DNA from: Bacteroidaceae bacterium
Lineage (GTDB): Bacteria; Bacteroidota; Bacteroidia; Bacteroidales; Bacteroidaceae
NCBI GenBank assembly: GCA_021443415.1
Contig: JABUTZ010000002.1
Coordinates: 31,534 to 95,533 of the forward strand
DNA: 64,000 nt
Reading direction: 5' to 3'
Under the pieces are notes generated by a model. The model searched no databases and had not been told where the DNA came from. It saw nothing but the letters and a program-made list of their open reading frames with translations. Shown here piece by piece: positions 46,928-56,120 of the stretch; positions within the stretch are counted from its first letter, which is position 1, and each line of letters begins with the position of its first letter. Position numbers and translations under genes: made by a program.

Positions 46928-49468
46928 TTATCCGCAACGGCTGGCTCCGCAGTGCTTGCAGATGAGGCAGCCTTCCTGGTAGACGAGAGTTTCGTTGCCG
47001 CAGACGGGGCACTTCTGTCCCTTGGCCTCGGTGCCGTCCTGGATGTACTTCTTCAGGGCGCGCTCGACGCCGTTCTTCCAGGTGTTGATGCTGTCGCTGC
47101 CGAGCTGGAGCGAGCTGACGAGGCGGATGACATGCTCGAGGGGCATGCGGTAGCGAAGCACGCCGCTGATGAGCTTGGCGTAGTTCCAGTACTCGGGGTT
47201 GAACTTCTCGCTCAGTCCCTCGACGGTGGTCTTGTAGCCCTTCTTGTTCTCGAACTGGAAGTCGTAGCGCTTGGTGCCGTCGGGCTCGACGGTCTTGATG
47301 ATGCGGCCCTGGGTGACGCTCTTGGGCAGCATGATGCCCTCCTCGTCGTCCTGCAGACCGGTGAAAATCTCGTAGGGATGGCCATTGAGCAGGCCGACGA
47401 GGGCCACCCACTTCTCCTTGTTGTTCTGGAAGCGCACCACGTCGCAGTCGAGCACCTGGGGACGCGTCTCGACAACGGTCGGGGGCAGGCAGGGGGCGGG
47501 CTCCTTCTTCTCCTTCTTGCTGTCGACGGCGATCATCACGCCCGAGCGCGAACCGTCGCGATAGATGGTGCAACCCTTGCAGCCGCTGCGCCACGCCTCG
47601 ACATAGAGGCGGTTGACGAGCTCCTCGTCGACGTCGGAGGGCAGGTTGACGGTCACGCTGATGCTGTGGTCCACCCACTTCTGTATGGCACCCTGCATCT
47701 TGACCTTCATCAGCCAGTCGACATCGTTGGCGGTAGCCTTGTAATAAGGCGACTTGGCCACGAGGGCCTCGATCTCCTCCTGGGTGTACTTCTTCTTGGT
47801 GTCGATGCCGTTCACCTCCATCCACGTGAGGAACTTGTGGTGGTAGACGATGAACTCCTCGAAGGCATCGCCCATCTCGTCGACGTAGTCGATATGGACG
47901 GTCGAGTCGTTGTGGGTCACCTTGCGGCGGCGCGTATATACGGGCAGGAAGACGGGCTCGATGCCGCTCGTCGTCTGGGTCATCAGACTCGTGGTGCCCG
48001 TGGGGGCGATGGTCAGGCATGCGATGTTGCGGCGTCCGTACTTAGCCATCTCGGCATAGAGGGCGGGGTCAGCCTCGCGGATGCGCGAAATCATCGGGTT
48101 GTTCTCCTCGCGCTTGGTGTCGTAGACCTCGAAGGCGCCGCGCTCCTTGGCCATCTGCACGCTGCTGCCGTAGGCGGCGAGGCAGACGGTCTTCTGCACC
48201 TCGACGGCGAAGTCGGTGGCCTCCTGGGTGCCGTAGCGCAGGCCGAGGGCGGCGAGCATGTCGCCCTCGGCGGTGATGCCCACGCCCGTGCGGCGTCCCA
48301 TGCCGCTCTTGCGATAGATCTTCTCCCAGAGGTGACGCTCGGCGCTCTTCACCTCCTCGCTCTGCGGGTCGCTGTCGATCTTTTGCATGATGAGCTCGAT
48401 CTTCTCCAGCTCGAGGTCGATGATGTCGTCCATGATGCGCTGGGCGCGGGCCACATGGGTGCGGAAGAGGTCGAAGTCGAAGCGGGCCTCGGCGGTGAAG
48501 GGTTTCTCGACGTAGCTGTAGAGGTTGATGGCGATCAGGCGGCAGCTGTCGTAGGGGCAGAGGGGAATCTCACCGCAGGGATTGGTCGATACTGTGCGGA
48601 AGCCGAGGTCGGCGTAGCAGTCCGCCACGCTCTCGCGCAGGATGGTATCCCAGAAGAGGACGCCGGGTTCGGCGCTCTTCCACGCGTTGTGCACGATCTT
48701 GGCCCAGAGAGCCTTGGCGTCGATGTCCTTCTCCACCTTCGGGTTGTCGCCCGTGATGGGGTACTGCTGCTTGTAGGGCTTGCCCTCGACGGCCGCCTCC
48801 ATGAATGCGTCGTCGATCTTCACGCTCACGTTGGCTCCCGTCACCTTGCCCTCGGTCATCTTGGCGTCGATGAACGCCTCGGCGTCGGGGTGCTTGATGC
48901 TCACGCTCAGCATGAGTGCTCCGCGGCGGCCGTCCTGGGCGACCTCGCGCGTAGAGTTGCTGTAGCGCTCCATGAACGGCACCAGTCCGGTGCTGGTCAG
49001 AGCCGAGTTCTTGACGGGCTCGCCCTTCGGACGGATATGGCTCAGGTCGTGGCCCACGCCTCCGCGGCGCTTCATGAGCTGCACCTGCTCCTCGTCGATG
49101 CGTATGATGCCGCCGTAGGAGTCGGCGTCGCCGTCAAGTCCGACCACGAAGCAGTTGGAGAGGCTCGCCACCTGGTTGCTGTTGCCGATGCCCGTCATCG
49201 GGCTGCCGGCGGGGATGATGTAGCGGAAATGGTCGAGAAGGTCGAAGACATCCTGTGCGCTCATCGGGTTGGGGTACTTGCGCTCGATGCGCTCCACCTC
49301 GTTGGCGATGCGCCAGTGCATGTCGGCGGGCGACTTCTCGTAGATATTGCCGAAGGAGTCCTTCATGGCATACTTGTTCACCCACACGCGGGCGGCAAGT
49401 TCGTCTCCCTCGAAATAGGCAAGCGAGGCCTGGTACGCCTCGTCGTAAGAATAAGTTTTGGCTTCCAT
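46928..49468 (-). CDS. nrdJ: adenosylcobalamin-dependent (class II) ribonucleotide reductase
   Basis: MEAKTYSYDEAYQASLAYFEGDELAARVWVNKYAMKD, the active-site region SNPCGEIPL and a C-terminal CxxC...CxxC zinc ribbon. The start was trimmed to the ATG at 49468. Confidence 0.92.
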   Translation of the reverse strand: MEAKTYSYDEAYQASLAYFEGDELAARVWVNKYAMKDSFGNIYEKSPADMHWRIANEVERIERKYPNPMSAQDVFDLLDHFRYIIPAGSPMTGIGNSNQVASLSNCFVVGLDGDADSYGGIIRIDEEQVQLMKRRGGVGHDLSHIRPKGEPVKNSALTSTGLVPFMERYSNSTREVAQDGRRGALMLSVSIKHPDAEAFIDAKMTEGKVTGANVSVKIDDAFMEAAVEGKPYKQQYPITGDNPKVEKDIDAKALWAKIVHNAWKSAEPGVLFWDTILRESVADCYADLGFRTVSTNPCGEIPLCPYDSCRLIAINLYSYVEKPFTAEARFDFDLFRTHVARAQRIMDDIIDLELEKIELIMQKIDSDPQSEEVKSAERHLWEKIYRKSGMGRRTGVGITAEGDMLAALGLRYGTQEATDFAVEVQKTVCLAAYGSSVQMAKERGAFEVYDTKREENNPMISRIREADPALYAEMAKYGRRNIACLTIAPTGTTSLMTQTTSGIEPVFLPVYTRRRKVTHNDSTVHIDYVDEMGDAFEEFIVYHHKFLTWMEVNGIDTKKKYTQEEIEALVAKSPYYKATANDVDWLMKVKMQGAIQKWVDHSISVTVNLPSDVDEELVNRLYVEAWRSGCKGCTIYRDGSRSGVMIAVDSKKEKKEPAPCLPPTVVETRPQVLDCDVVRFQNNKEKWVALVGLLNGHPYEIFTGLQDDEEGIMLPKSVTQGRIIKTVEPDGTKRYDFQFENKKGYKTTVEGLSEKFNPEYWNYAKLISGVLRYRMPLEHVIRLVSSLQLGSDSINTWKNGVERALKKYIQDGTEAKGQKCPVCGNETLVYQEGCLICKHCGASRCG

Positions 49469-49538
49469 GATAAAAGCAGTCGGGCGTCGCTTGTGTCCGC
49501 CCCGGATATGTATTAGGTAAAGTGATTGATTCCGCTGT

Positions 49539-50945
49539 TCAGATTCTGCCGGCGAGCGCACGTCGCAGGCTCTCCGCCTTGTCGCGCATCGTCTCGTCGC
49601 TCTCGATGAGGGTCTCCGCCTGGCTGATGCTGTGGAGGACCGTGGCGTGGCTGCGCCTGCCGACGAACTGGCCGATGCGCGCACTGCCCATGTCGGTCAG
49701 CTTCGAGGCGTAGTACATGACCATCTGGCGGGCGCGCACGATGTTTGCCTTGCGGCTGCCGGACTGCACCTCCTGTTCGCTGACACCGAACTCGTCGCAC
49801 ACGCTCCGCATGATGCGCTCGATGGTCACCGGCTCGCGTGACGTGCGCACCGTCTTGCGCACCACGTCCTCAGCCATCGCCATGTCGATGTCGCGCCCGA
49901 GCAGGATGCTCTGCGTCATGAGCGAGTTGATGACGCCCTCGAGGTCGCGCACGCTCTCGCCCACATGGCGGGCTATGTAGCGCACCACCTCGTCGCTGAT
50001 CGTCAGACCATTGCGGCGCATCTTGTCGCGCAGGATGTCGTAGCGCAACTGCTCGTTGGGCATCTCAATCTCGCACTGCAGGCCCCACTTGAAGCGCGTG
50101 AGCATGCGCTCCTCGATGGCCTGGAGCTCGACGGGCGGGCGGTCGCAGGTCAGGATGATCTGCTTGCCGTTGAGGCGCAGGTGGTTGAAGATGTGGAAGA
50201 AGGCGTTGAGCGAACCCTTCATGCCCTGGAACTCCTGGATGTCATCGACGATGAGCATGTCGATGGTCTGGTAGAAGTGCATGAAGTCGTTAATCTTGTT
50301 CTCCTTGTATGCGTCGACGTACTGCTGCGACATGAGGTAGGCGGAGACGTAGAGCACACGCATGTGGGGGTATTTCTGCTTGCAGCGCAGGCCGATGGCG
50401 GTGGCGAGATGTGTCTTGCCCACGCCCGAATGACCGTAGATGAACAGGGGGTTGAACGTCTGCTGCCGTGGGTTCTCGGCGAGGCTGCATGCCACCGAGC
50501 GCGGCATCTTGTTGCTGGCGCCCTCGACGAAGTTCTCGAACGTGTAGCAGGTCTGGAGCTGCGAGTCAAACTGCGCCTCCTCGGCGGCGGGGACGGCGGC
50601 ATTGACCGTGCGCACCCTCACCTGTGCGTCGACGACCGGCTCCGGACGGCTCACCATGTCGACCTTGATGTCGTTGGTGCGGTCCTCGACGACGCGATAC
50701 TGCAACTCGACCCCCTCGCCGAAGACGCGCTTCAGCACCGCCGCCAGGAGCCGGATGTAATGCTCCTCGAGCCAGTCCATGAAGAAGATTGACGGCACGA
50801 CAAGCGTCACCTGATGCGCCTGCTCGTCGTAGCCGGCGTATCCGATTGGCTTGAACCATGTCTGATACTGTTGCGGGGTAACATTGTTGGCGATTATGCG
50901 CAGACAAAGCCCCCAACGGTCATCATGTGTTGACGTGACTTCCAT
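49539..50945 (-). CDS. dnaA: chromosomal replication initiator protein DnaA
   Basis: AAA+ GHSGVGKTHL, Walker B LIVDDIQ and the C-terminal DnaA-box-binding domain (ARQMVMYYASKLT). The first track codon (50948) is a TTG, so the ATG at 50945 was taken. Confidence 0.95.
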   Translation of the reverse strand: MEVTSTHDDRWGLCLRIIANNVTPQQYQTWFKPIGYAGYDEQAHQVTLVVPSIFFMDWLEEHYIRLLAAVLKRVFGEGVELQYRVVEDRTNDIKVDMVSRPEPVVDAQVRVRTVNAAVPAAEEAQFDSQLQTCYTFENFVEGASNKMPRSVACSLAENPRQQTFNPLFIYGHSGVGKTHLATAIGLRCKQKYPHMRVLYVSAYLMSQQYVDAYKENKINDFMHFYQTIDMLIVDDIQEFQGMKGSLNAFFHIFNHLRLNGKQIILTCDRPPVELQAIEERMLTRFKWGLQCEIEMPNEQLRYDILRDKMRRNGLTISDEVVRYIARHVGESVRDLEGVINSLMTQSILLGRDIDMAMAEDVVRKTVRTSREPVTIERIMRSVCDEFGVSEQEVQSGSRKANIVRARQMVMYYASKLTDMGSARIGQFVGRRSHATVLHSISQAETLIESDETMRDKAESLRRALAGRI

Positions 50946-51040
50946 CAATTTCCTTGGTAATTATGTGGAGTAGAAATGCTCTGTTGAATTGTGTTGCAAA
51001 GTTCGTAATAATTTTTGACTTTGCAAACGAAAAACGATGT

Positions 51041-51049
51041 TTTTCCACA
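51041..51049 (+). promoter_or_regulatory. single DnaA-box-like 9-mer TTTTCCACA upstream of dnaA
   Basis: One mismatch to TTATCCACA. A second, weaker site (2 mismatches) lies at 50964..50972. Confidence 0.35.
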
Positions 51050-51264
51050 TACCGCGACGCTTGCCGTTTCGCCTTGTCAGTACTCATTTTTAGCATAGTA
51101 GAACTATATGTAAAAAAAATGCTTTTCGCCTGTTGCATTATTCCAACCCATTGAGGAACAGCCGCTTGACAAGCCTCACGCACCGCCCCACCCTATGTCC
51201 TCAGCTATAGTGTCGCAGTGCCTTCGGCACCTAAGCCTCGCAAATACAACACGTTAATAAAAGC

Positions 51265-51295
51265 AAGGGCGGACAAGTCCGTTTTGTCCGCCCTT
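51265..51295 (-). terminator. strong hairpin terminator after the amidase-mlaD genes
   Basis: AAGGGCGGACAA / TTGTCCGCCCTT perfect 12-bp stem with T-runs on both sides (GCTTTTATT on the minus strand, ATTTTTAT on the plus strand). Confidence 0.8.
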
Positions 51296-51317
51296 ATTTT
51301 TATAATATAAAAAAGTC

Positions 51318-52208
51318 TTAGTTGTCCTTTCTGCCGAAGACGGAGAAGTGGACATAGCGTTTCGGATGCTCGCGCAGGTCGACCATGAGGCGGTTGGCGT
51401 TGCCCACCGTGGCGTTGAGTCCGGCGTAGAGGGCGGTGTCGTTGAGCAGCAGTCCGAGGCTGTTGTCCTTGGAGTTGAGCTTGGCTATCGTCGCCTGCAG
51501 CTCGGCTACGGTCCTGTTGAGGTCGCCGACGGTCTGTTCGAGCGGCAGGGCGCCGAGCTTGTCGGTGAGCGCGGTCACGCTCTCGCCCGTGGCGGCGAAC
51601 GTGCTCATCATCTTGGGCGTGTCCTGGGCGAGGAGCTTGTTGAGGGCGTCGGCGCTCTTGTTGAGACTCGCCGAGAGTGCCTGCACATTATTTAATATAA
51701 GCGGCAGGTTGGGGTCGGCGGCAAGCCGGTTGAGGCTCATGACGAGCGTGTCGACATGGCCGATGGCGAGCTCCACGGCGGGCAGCATCTCGGTCGCCTT
51801 GGTCATCAGCCCGGGCATGGAGCCTCCCGTGAGGGTGTCGCCGGGCACGTAGCGCTCGAGCGGGTTGTTGGCGAGGAGGAGGTGGAGCGTGCTGCCGCCG
51901 AGCATGGCGCTCTCGAGGGCGGCTGTCGAACCCTTGGGTATGCGCAGGTCGTCGGCCACGTCAATCTCGACCACCACCTTTCCGTTGGTCTTGTAGTCGA
52001 ACTGTATGTCGTGGACGACGCCCACCTTGAAGCCGTCGGCATAGACGGGGCTGCTCACGGGCAGCTGCTTGATGTTGTCGAACGTGATGTAGTAGATGCA
52101 CTCTTTCTTGAGCGAGGTCATTCCCTTGAGGAAGTTCATTCCGAAATAGAAGATGAGCAGGGCGAAGATGCCCGCGAGGCCTATCTTAAACTCCTTTGAC
52201 AGTTTCAT
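51318..52208 (-). CDS. MlaD/MCE-domain protein
   Basis: 296 aa with an N-terminal TM helix (KIGLAGIFALLIFYFGMNFLKG) followed by an MCE domain and a helical C-terminus. Confidence 0.85.
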   Translation of the reverse strand: MKLSKEFKIGLAGIFALLIFYFGMNFLKGMTSLKKECIYYITFDNIKQLPVSSPVYADGFKVGVVHDIQFDYKTNGKVVVEIDVADDLRIPKGSTAALESAMLGGSTLHLLLANNPLERYVPGDTLTGGSMPGLMTKATEMLPAVELAIGHVDTLVMSLNRLAADPNLPLILNNVQALSASLNKSADALNKLLAQDTPKMMSTFAATGESVTALTDKLGALPLEQTVGDLNRTVAELQATIAKLNSKDNSLGLLLNDTALYAGLNATVGNANRLMVDLREHPKRYVHFSVFGRKDN

Positions 52209-52235
52209 ACCTTATATATTATATATGTGTGTGTG

Positions 52236-53471
52236 TTATTTCGTTTTCTTGCGCGCCTCCCTGATGTCGATCCTCATGCCGTTGCGGAAGGCCACGACGA
52301 AGGCTCCCTCGTAGCGGCGCGCCACCTCGTTGCGGTAGCGCTGAGCCTCGGCGTATTCGGTGAAGCGCCCCGTGGTGTACTTGTACATGTTGTTGTCCAC
52401 GTAGAAGGCCAGTTCGGCAAGGTCGGCGGGCAGCGACGTGGCGGGGAGAGCGCTCGGGTAGGTCATGAACTGCACCCTGAACTCCACCTCGCTCGCTTCC
52501 TGCATGGCCGCCTTGCGCTCCTCCATGATCGAGACGTCGACCACATCCTCGATGAGGGGCGACGACTTCCAATCCTCGGAGGGCTTCTGCTGAACCTCTG
52601 CCTGAGCCAAGACCGGAGACGTGCTGGCTGAGGGTTGGACTGTCGGATTGGCGGCAGGTTGGACAGCGGGTTGTTGCGGGACATTCGGCTGGGTGACAGC
52701 CTCTTCGCCCTGATGGCTGTTGTAATAGGAGAGGAACGCGTTGTAGATGGCGCGTCCCATGCTGCCGCTGCCGTCCGACGATGCGAGGAACTGCTCCTCG
52801 TCGCGTGTCGTTATGTAGCCCAGCTCGACCAGCACGCTCGGCATCGTCGTCTCGCGCAGCACGAGGAAGCCGGCCTGGTGCACACCCTTGTCCGTGCGCC
52901 CGGCGGCCCCGAACTGCTTCTGGATGCCGTTAGCCAGCTGCACGCTCTTCGCCATGTTGTTGTCCTGGAGCATCTCGAAGATGATGTAGCTCTCGCTGCT
53001 GTTGGGGTCGAAGCCCTCGTAGCGTGTCTTGTAGTCGCTCTCAATGAGGATGACCGAGTTCTCGCGCTTCGCCACCTCCAGGTTGGCGTTGGCTCGCGCC
53101 ATACCGAGTGTGTAGGTCTCCGCGCCTCGCGTCACCTTGCCCTTGGGCAGGGCGTTGGTGTGTATGCTCACGAAGAGGTCCGCCTTGTTGCGGTTGGCGA
53201 TGTTGGCACGCTGGTGGAGGGGCACGAAGACATCCGTCTTGCGCGTGTAGACGACCTTCACCTGCGGGCAGTTCGCCTCCACCAAACGTCCGAACGCCAA
53301 TGCGGTGGCGAGGTTGATGTTCTTCTCCTTGGCGCTCTTGCCCACGGCTCCCGGGTCGTGGCCGCCATGGCCGGCGTCGATGACGAGGGTGAATGTCTTC
53401 TTGTCGGCGAAGACCGACAAGGAGAGAAGCAGGAGCAGGGATATGAACGCCGTGCGCATCATCGTTACCAT
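52236..53471 (-). CDS. N-acetylmuramoyl-L-alanine amidase with a C-terminal SPOR domain
   Basis: Signal peptide, then the amidase_3 motifs LVIDAGHGGHDPGA, SIH.N and VLVELGY, and a C-terminal SPOR-like region (FRVQF...YKYTTGRF...AFVVAF). The start was trimmed to the ATG at 53471. Confidence 0.9.
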   Translation of the reverse strand: MVTMMRTAFISLLLLLSLSVFADKKTFTLVIDAGHGGHDPGAVGKSAKEKNINLATALAFGRLVEANCPQVKVVYTRKTDVFVPLHQRANIANRNKADLFVSIHTNALPKGKVTRGAETYTLGMARANANLEVAKRENSVILIESDYKTRYEGFDPNSSESYIIFEMLQDNNMAKSVQLANGIQKQFGAAGRTDKGVHQAGFLVLRETTMPSVLVELGYITTRDEEQFLASSDGSGSMGRAIYNAFLSYYNSHQGEEAVTQPNVPQQPAVQPAANPTVQPSASTSPVLAQAEVQQKPSEDWKSSPLIEDVVDVSIMEERKAAMQEASEVEFRVQFMTYPSALPATSLPADLAELAFYVDNNMYKYTTGRFTEYAEAQRYRNEVARRYEGAFVVAFRNGMRIDIREARKKTK

Positions 53472-53475
53472 GCTT

Positions 53476-55932
53476 TTATTTCTTGCGCCAGAGCGACTTC
53501 TTTTTCTTTTCAGCCTCCTCGCCGTAGTTGCCGTACGTGCCGTAGTTGCCGTAGTTGCCGTAGCGGCCGTGCTTGTAGCTGTGGTAGTAGCGACCACGGT
53601 TGTAATTGATGCCGTTGACCACGAAGCAGGCGTGGGGAACCTTGTTCTCGTGCGAGAGCTGGTCGATCCACGTGATCGACGAGCGCGCCGACACGTCGCA
53701 GCGGCAGACGACAACGGTGGCGTGAGCCCAGCGCGCTATGTCGAGGGCGTCGCTCACAAGTCCCATGGGCGGTGTGTCGAGGATGACGACATCGTATTTT
53801 CCCGAGAGGTACTTGATGGCCTTGGCGAGCGAGTCCTGGCCCACCAGCTCGCCCGGGTTGGGCGGTATGGTGCCGGCGGGCAGCACGTCGAGGTTTTCGT
53901 TGCCCACGCCGTGGAAGATCTGCTTCTCGAGGATGCTCGTGTCGTCGCCGTCGGTGATGAGGAACTCGGTGATGCCGCGCTGGCGGTCGTGAAGGCCGAA
54001 GAGGTTGGACAGACGCGGCTTGCGCACATCGAGTCCCACCACGATGACGCGCTTGCCGAGCAGGGCGTAGCTCATCGCCAGGTTGGTCGAGACGAAGGTC
54101 TTGCCCTCGCCTGGGATGACACTGGTCACCATCAGCACGTTCTCGCCCTTGTCGGCGTTCATCACGAACTTCAGGTTCGTGCGCAGTCCGCGGAACGCCT
54201 CGTCCATCATGTCGTTGGTGTTCTCCGACACGACGAGCGCACGCTCCTTGCTCGCCTTGAGCGCACGGGACGTGGGCAGCGTGGCGAGTATGGGCAGGCG
54301 CGAGAGCGCGGCGACATCATACTGATCCTCGATCTTGTAGCGAAGCAGCTCGAGCAGGTAGATGATGCCTATGGGCAGGAAGAAGCCGAGCAGGAGGGCC
54401 AGGAGCCATACCATCTTGTTGTTGGGCGACACCTTGCCGGCGATCTCCACGTCCTCGATGATGCGCGCCTTGGCGACGGTCGAGGCGAGCGAGATGGCGT
54501 TCTCCTCGCGCCGTTCGAGCAGTTTGAGGTAGAGGCCGGCCTTCACTTCCTGCTGGCGCAGGAGGTTGTTGATGGTGCGCTCCTGTCCGGGGGTGCTGGT
54601 CACCTGACCGCTGTAGCGTGCGTACTGCTTGTCGATGCTCTTCTTCTGGATCTCCATCGCCGAGCGCTGGGCGACGAGCATCTGCTCGACGGCTCCGCGC
54701 ATGTTCTCTATCTGCAGGGTGAGGTCGCGCACCATCGGCTGCGACTCGTTGGAGCCGTGCAGCAGGCGCTGGCGCTTAAGTATCAAGTCGTTGTACTGCT
54801 TCATCATGTCGTTGGCGTCGCGCGACGACAGTCCCACGTTCGAGGGCAGCACCCTGTATTCGTTGTTCTTGTCCCTGATGTATTCGATGAGGGCCTCGAG
54901 GATGACTATCTCCGTCTGCGCCTCCACCTGGCGGTCCTGGAACTGGCTGCTCTGCGTCAGCGCGAGGGCGGCGTCGTTCTTGAGGTTGATGATCTTGTTG
55001 TTCTCCTTGAAGCTCTGCAGGTCGGTCTCCGTCAGGTCGAGCTCGCCCTGGATGATCTGTATGCGCCGGTTGATGAACTCGTCGGAGAGAATGGCCGTCT
55101 CGTTCTTCTCCTCGTTGGCGGAGAGGTTGTAGTTGTCGACCAGTCCCTGGAGGTAGTCGAGTGCTCGCTGGCGGTTGCCGTCGACGAAGCGTATGAGGGC
55201 GACGGTCGTGGTCTTAGACGTCGGCGACGCCTTTGTGCGGGCGTAGTAGCTGTTGGCGACTACCGAGACGGGGTTGACGTCGACGAACAGCTCGCGGGTG
55301 AGCGTGTCCGTGGGGATGGCCATCAGGCGCATGGTGCCGTAGCCGGTGACTATCGAGTCGGGGAACGAGCTGACTGTCTTCGTGTGCAGCTCAGCCTCTT
55401 CAGCATTGAAACCCACCTTCCACTCCACCTTGTACGCCTTGCCGTTCGGGGTGACCTTGATGTGCACGGGCTCGTCCAGCCGCTCCTCCGTCTCCCTGTC
55501 CAGGAAGACGCGGATGGGACTGCGGCGGTAGATGTCCTGTCGGCGCAGGCGCCCCTCGACGTAGTACGACGTGTAGAGCTTGAGCGCACGTACGGTGCGC
55601 ACCGCCATGCTCTTCGAGAGGATGGTCTCCAGCTCGTTGTCGAAGCCGTCGGTGTTGGTCGAGAGGCCCATCATCTGCATCTTGGACATCTCGGCGCGCG
55701 TGTTCTGGCGACGGTCGTTGTCGCGTATCAGCACCTTGGTCTCGGACATGTAGGTGGGGTGCTTGAAATGGAGGTACGCCCATGCCAGGCACAGGCACAC
55801 GACAACCGACGCCGCCACCCAGTACCACTTCGACAGCACCAGGGAGCCAAAGGCGAGAAAATCGAATCCGGACTCCTCCGCGTCCACGCTGTTCTGCCTG
55901 GACTCGTTGACCATATCGTTGAACTCAATCAT
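53476..55932 (-). CDS. polysaccharide co-polymerase / tyrosine autokinase (Wzc-like)
   Basis: Wzz-type N-terminal domain with two TM helices and a coiled-coil periplasmic region. The kinase has Walker A SVIPGEGKT and a C-terminal Tyr cluster (YYHSYKHGRYGNYGNYGTYGNYG). The start was trimmed to 55932 because of the -7 box. Confidence 0.9.
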   Translation of the reverse strand: MIEFNDMVNESRQNSVDAEESGFDFLAFGSLVLSKWYWVAASVVVCLCLAWAYLHFKHPTYMSETKVLIRDNDRRQNTRAEMSKMQMMGLSTNTDGFDNELETILSKSMAVRTVRALKLYTSYYVEGRLRRQDIYRRSPIRVFLDRETEERLDEPVHIKVTPNGKAYKVEWKVGFNAEEAELHTKTVSSFPDSIVTGYGTMRLMAIPTDTLTRELFVDVNPVSVVANSYYARTKASPTSKTTTVALIRFVDGNRQRALDYLQGLVDNYNLSANEEKNETAILSDEFINRRIQIIQGELDLTETDLQSFKENNKIINLKNDAALALTQSSQFQDRQVEAQTEIVILEALIEYIRDKNNEYRVLPSNVGLSSRDANDMMKQYNDLILKRQRLLHGSNESQPMVRDLTLQIENMRGAVEQMLVAQRSAMEIQKKSIDKQYARYSGQVTSTPGQERTINNLLRQQEVKAGLYLKLLERREENAISLASTVAKARIIEDVEIAGKVSPNNKMVWLLALLLGFFLPIGIIYLLELLRYKIEDQYDVAALSRLPILATLPTSRALKASKERALVVSENTNDMMDEAFRGLRTNLKFVMNADKGENVLMVTSVIPGEGKTFVSTNLAMSYALLGKRVIVVGLDVRKPRLSNLFGLHDRQRGITEFLITDGDDTSILEKQIFHGVGNENLDVLPAGTIPPNPGELVGQDSLAKAIKYLSGKYDVVILDTPPMGLVSDALDIARWAHATVVVCRCDVSARSSITWIDQLSHENKVPHACFVVNGINYNRGRYYHSYKHGRYGNYGNYGTYGNYGEEAEKKKKSLWRKK

Positions 55933-55965
55933 AGTTTTTGCTCTTGTTTTGGTAAAATTATCACG

Positions 55966-55973
55966 CAAAGATA
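55966..55973 (-). promoter_or_regulatory. -7 promoter box TATCTTTG for wzc-amidase-mlaD
   Basis: Exact match on the minus strand, 34 nt upstream of the ATG at 55932. Confidence 0.5.
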
Positions 55974-56068
55974 CTACATTCCCGCGACATGGCGAAACAT
56001 TTCGCCTTTTTTATCGCCCACACGTGCAATAAAGATGTGAAACGTTGGGCTGATACGGATTTTTTTAG

Positions 56069-56076
56069 TAATTTTG
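56069..56076 (+). promoter_or_regulatory. -7 promoter box TAATTTTG for rfbA and the downstream plus-strand gene string
   Basis: Exact match, 45 nt upstream of the ATG at 56121. Confidence 0.5.
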
Positions 56077-56120
56077 TGCCTAAAATGGAGAAATAGGTCT
56101 TAACAAAAACGACAAACGAC

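Noticed and set aside
46388-49516. A 1042-aa plus-strand ORF, the longest in the track.
   Set aside because: It lies exactly antisense to nrdJ, which has unmistakable class II RNR motifs. Its translation is low-complexity (A/G/V/L/D/H-rich) with no motifs. This is the typical stop-free antisense frame of a GC3-rich gene.
49469-49538. Possible cobalamin riboswitch upstream of the B12-dependent nrdJ.
   Set aside because: The gap is only 70 nt, far shorter than a cobalamin riboswitch, and no B12-box-like sequence was seen.
50946-51317. Possible oriC next to dnaA.
   Set aside because: Only one 1-mismatch and one 2-mismatch DnaA box are present, with no box cluster and no obvious AT-rich unwinding repeats. 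I cannot compute GC skew here, so the region is kept only as a low-interest finding.
53305-56040. A 911-aa plus-strand ORF.
   Set aside because: It is antisense to the Wzc-like kinase and the amidase start, has low-complexity V/A/G/L/D/R composition, and no recognisable domain.
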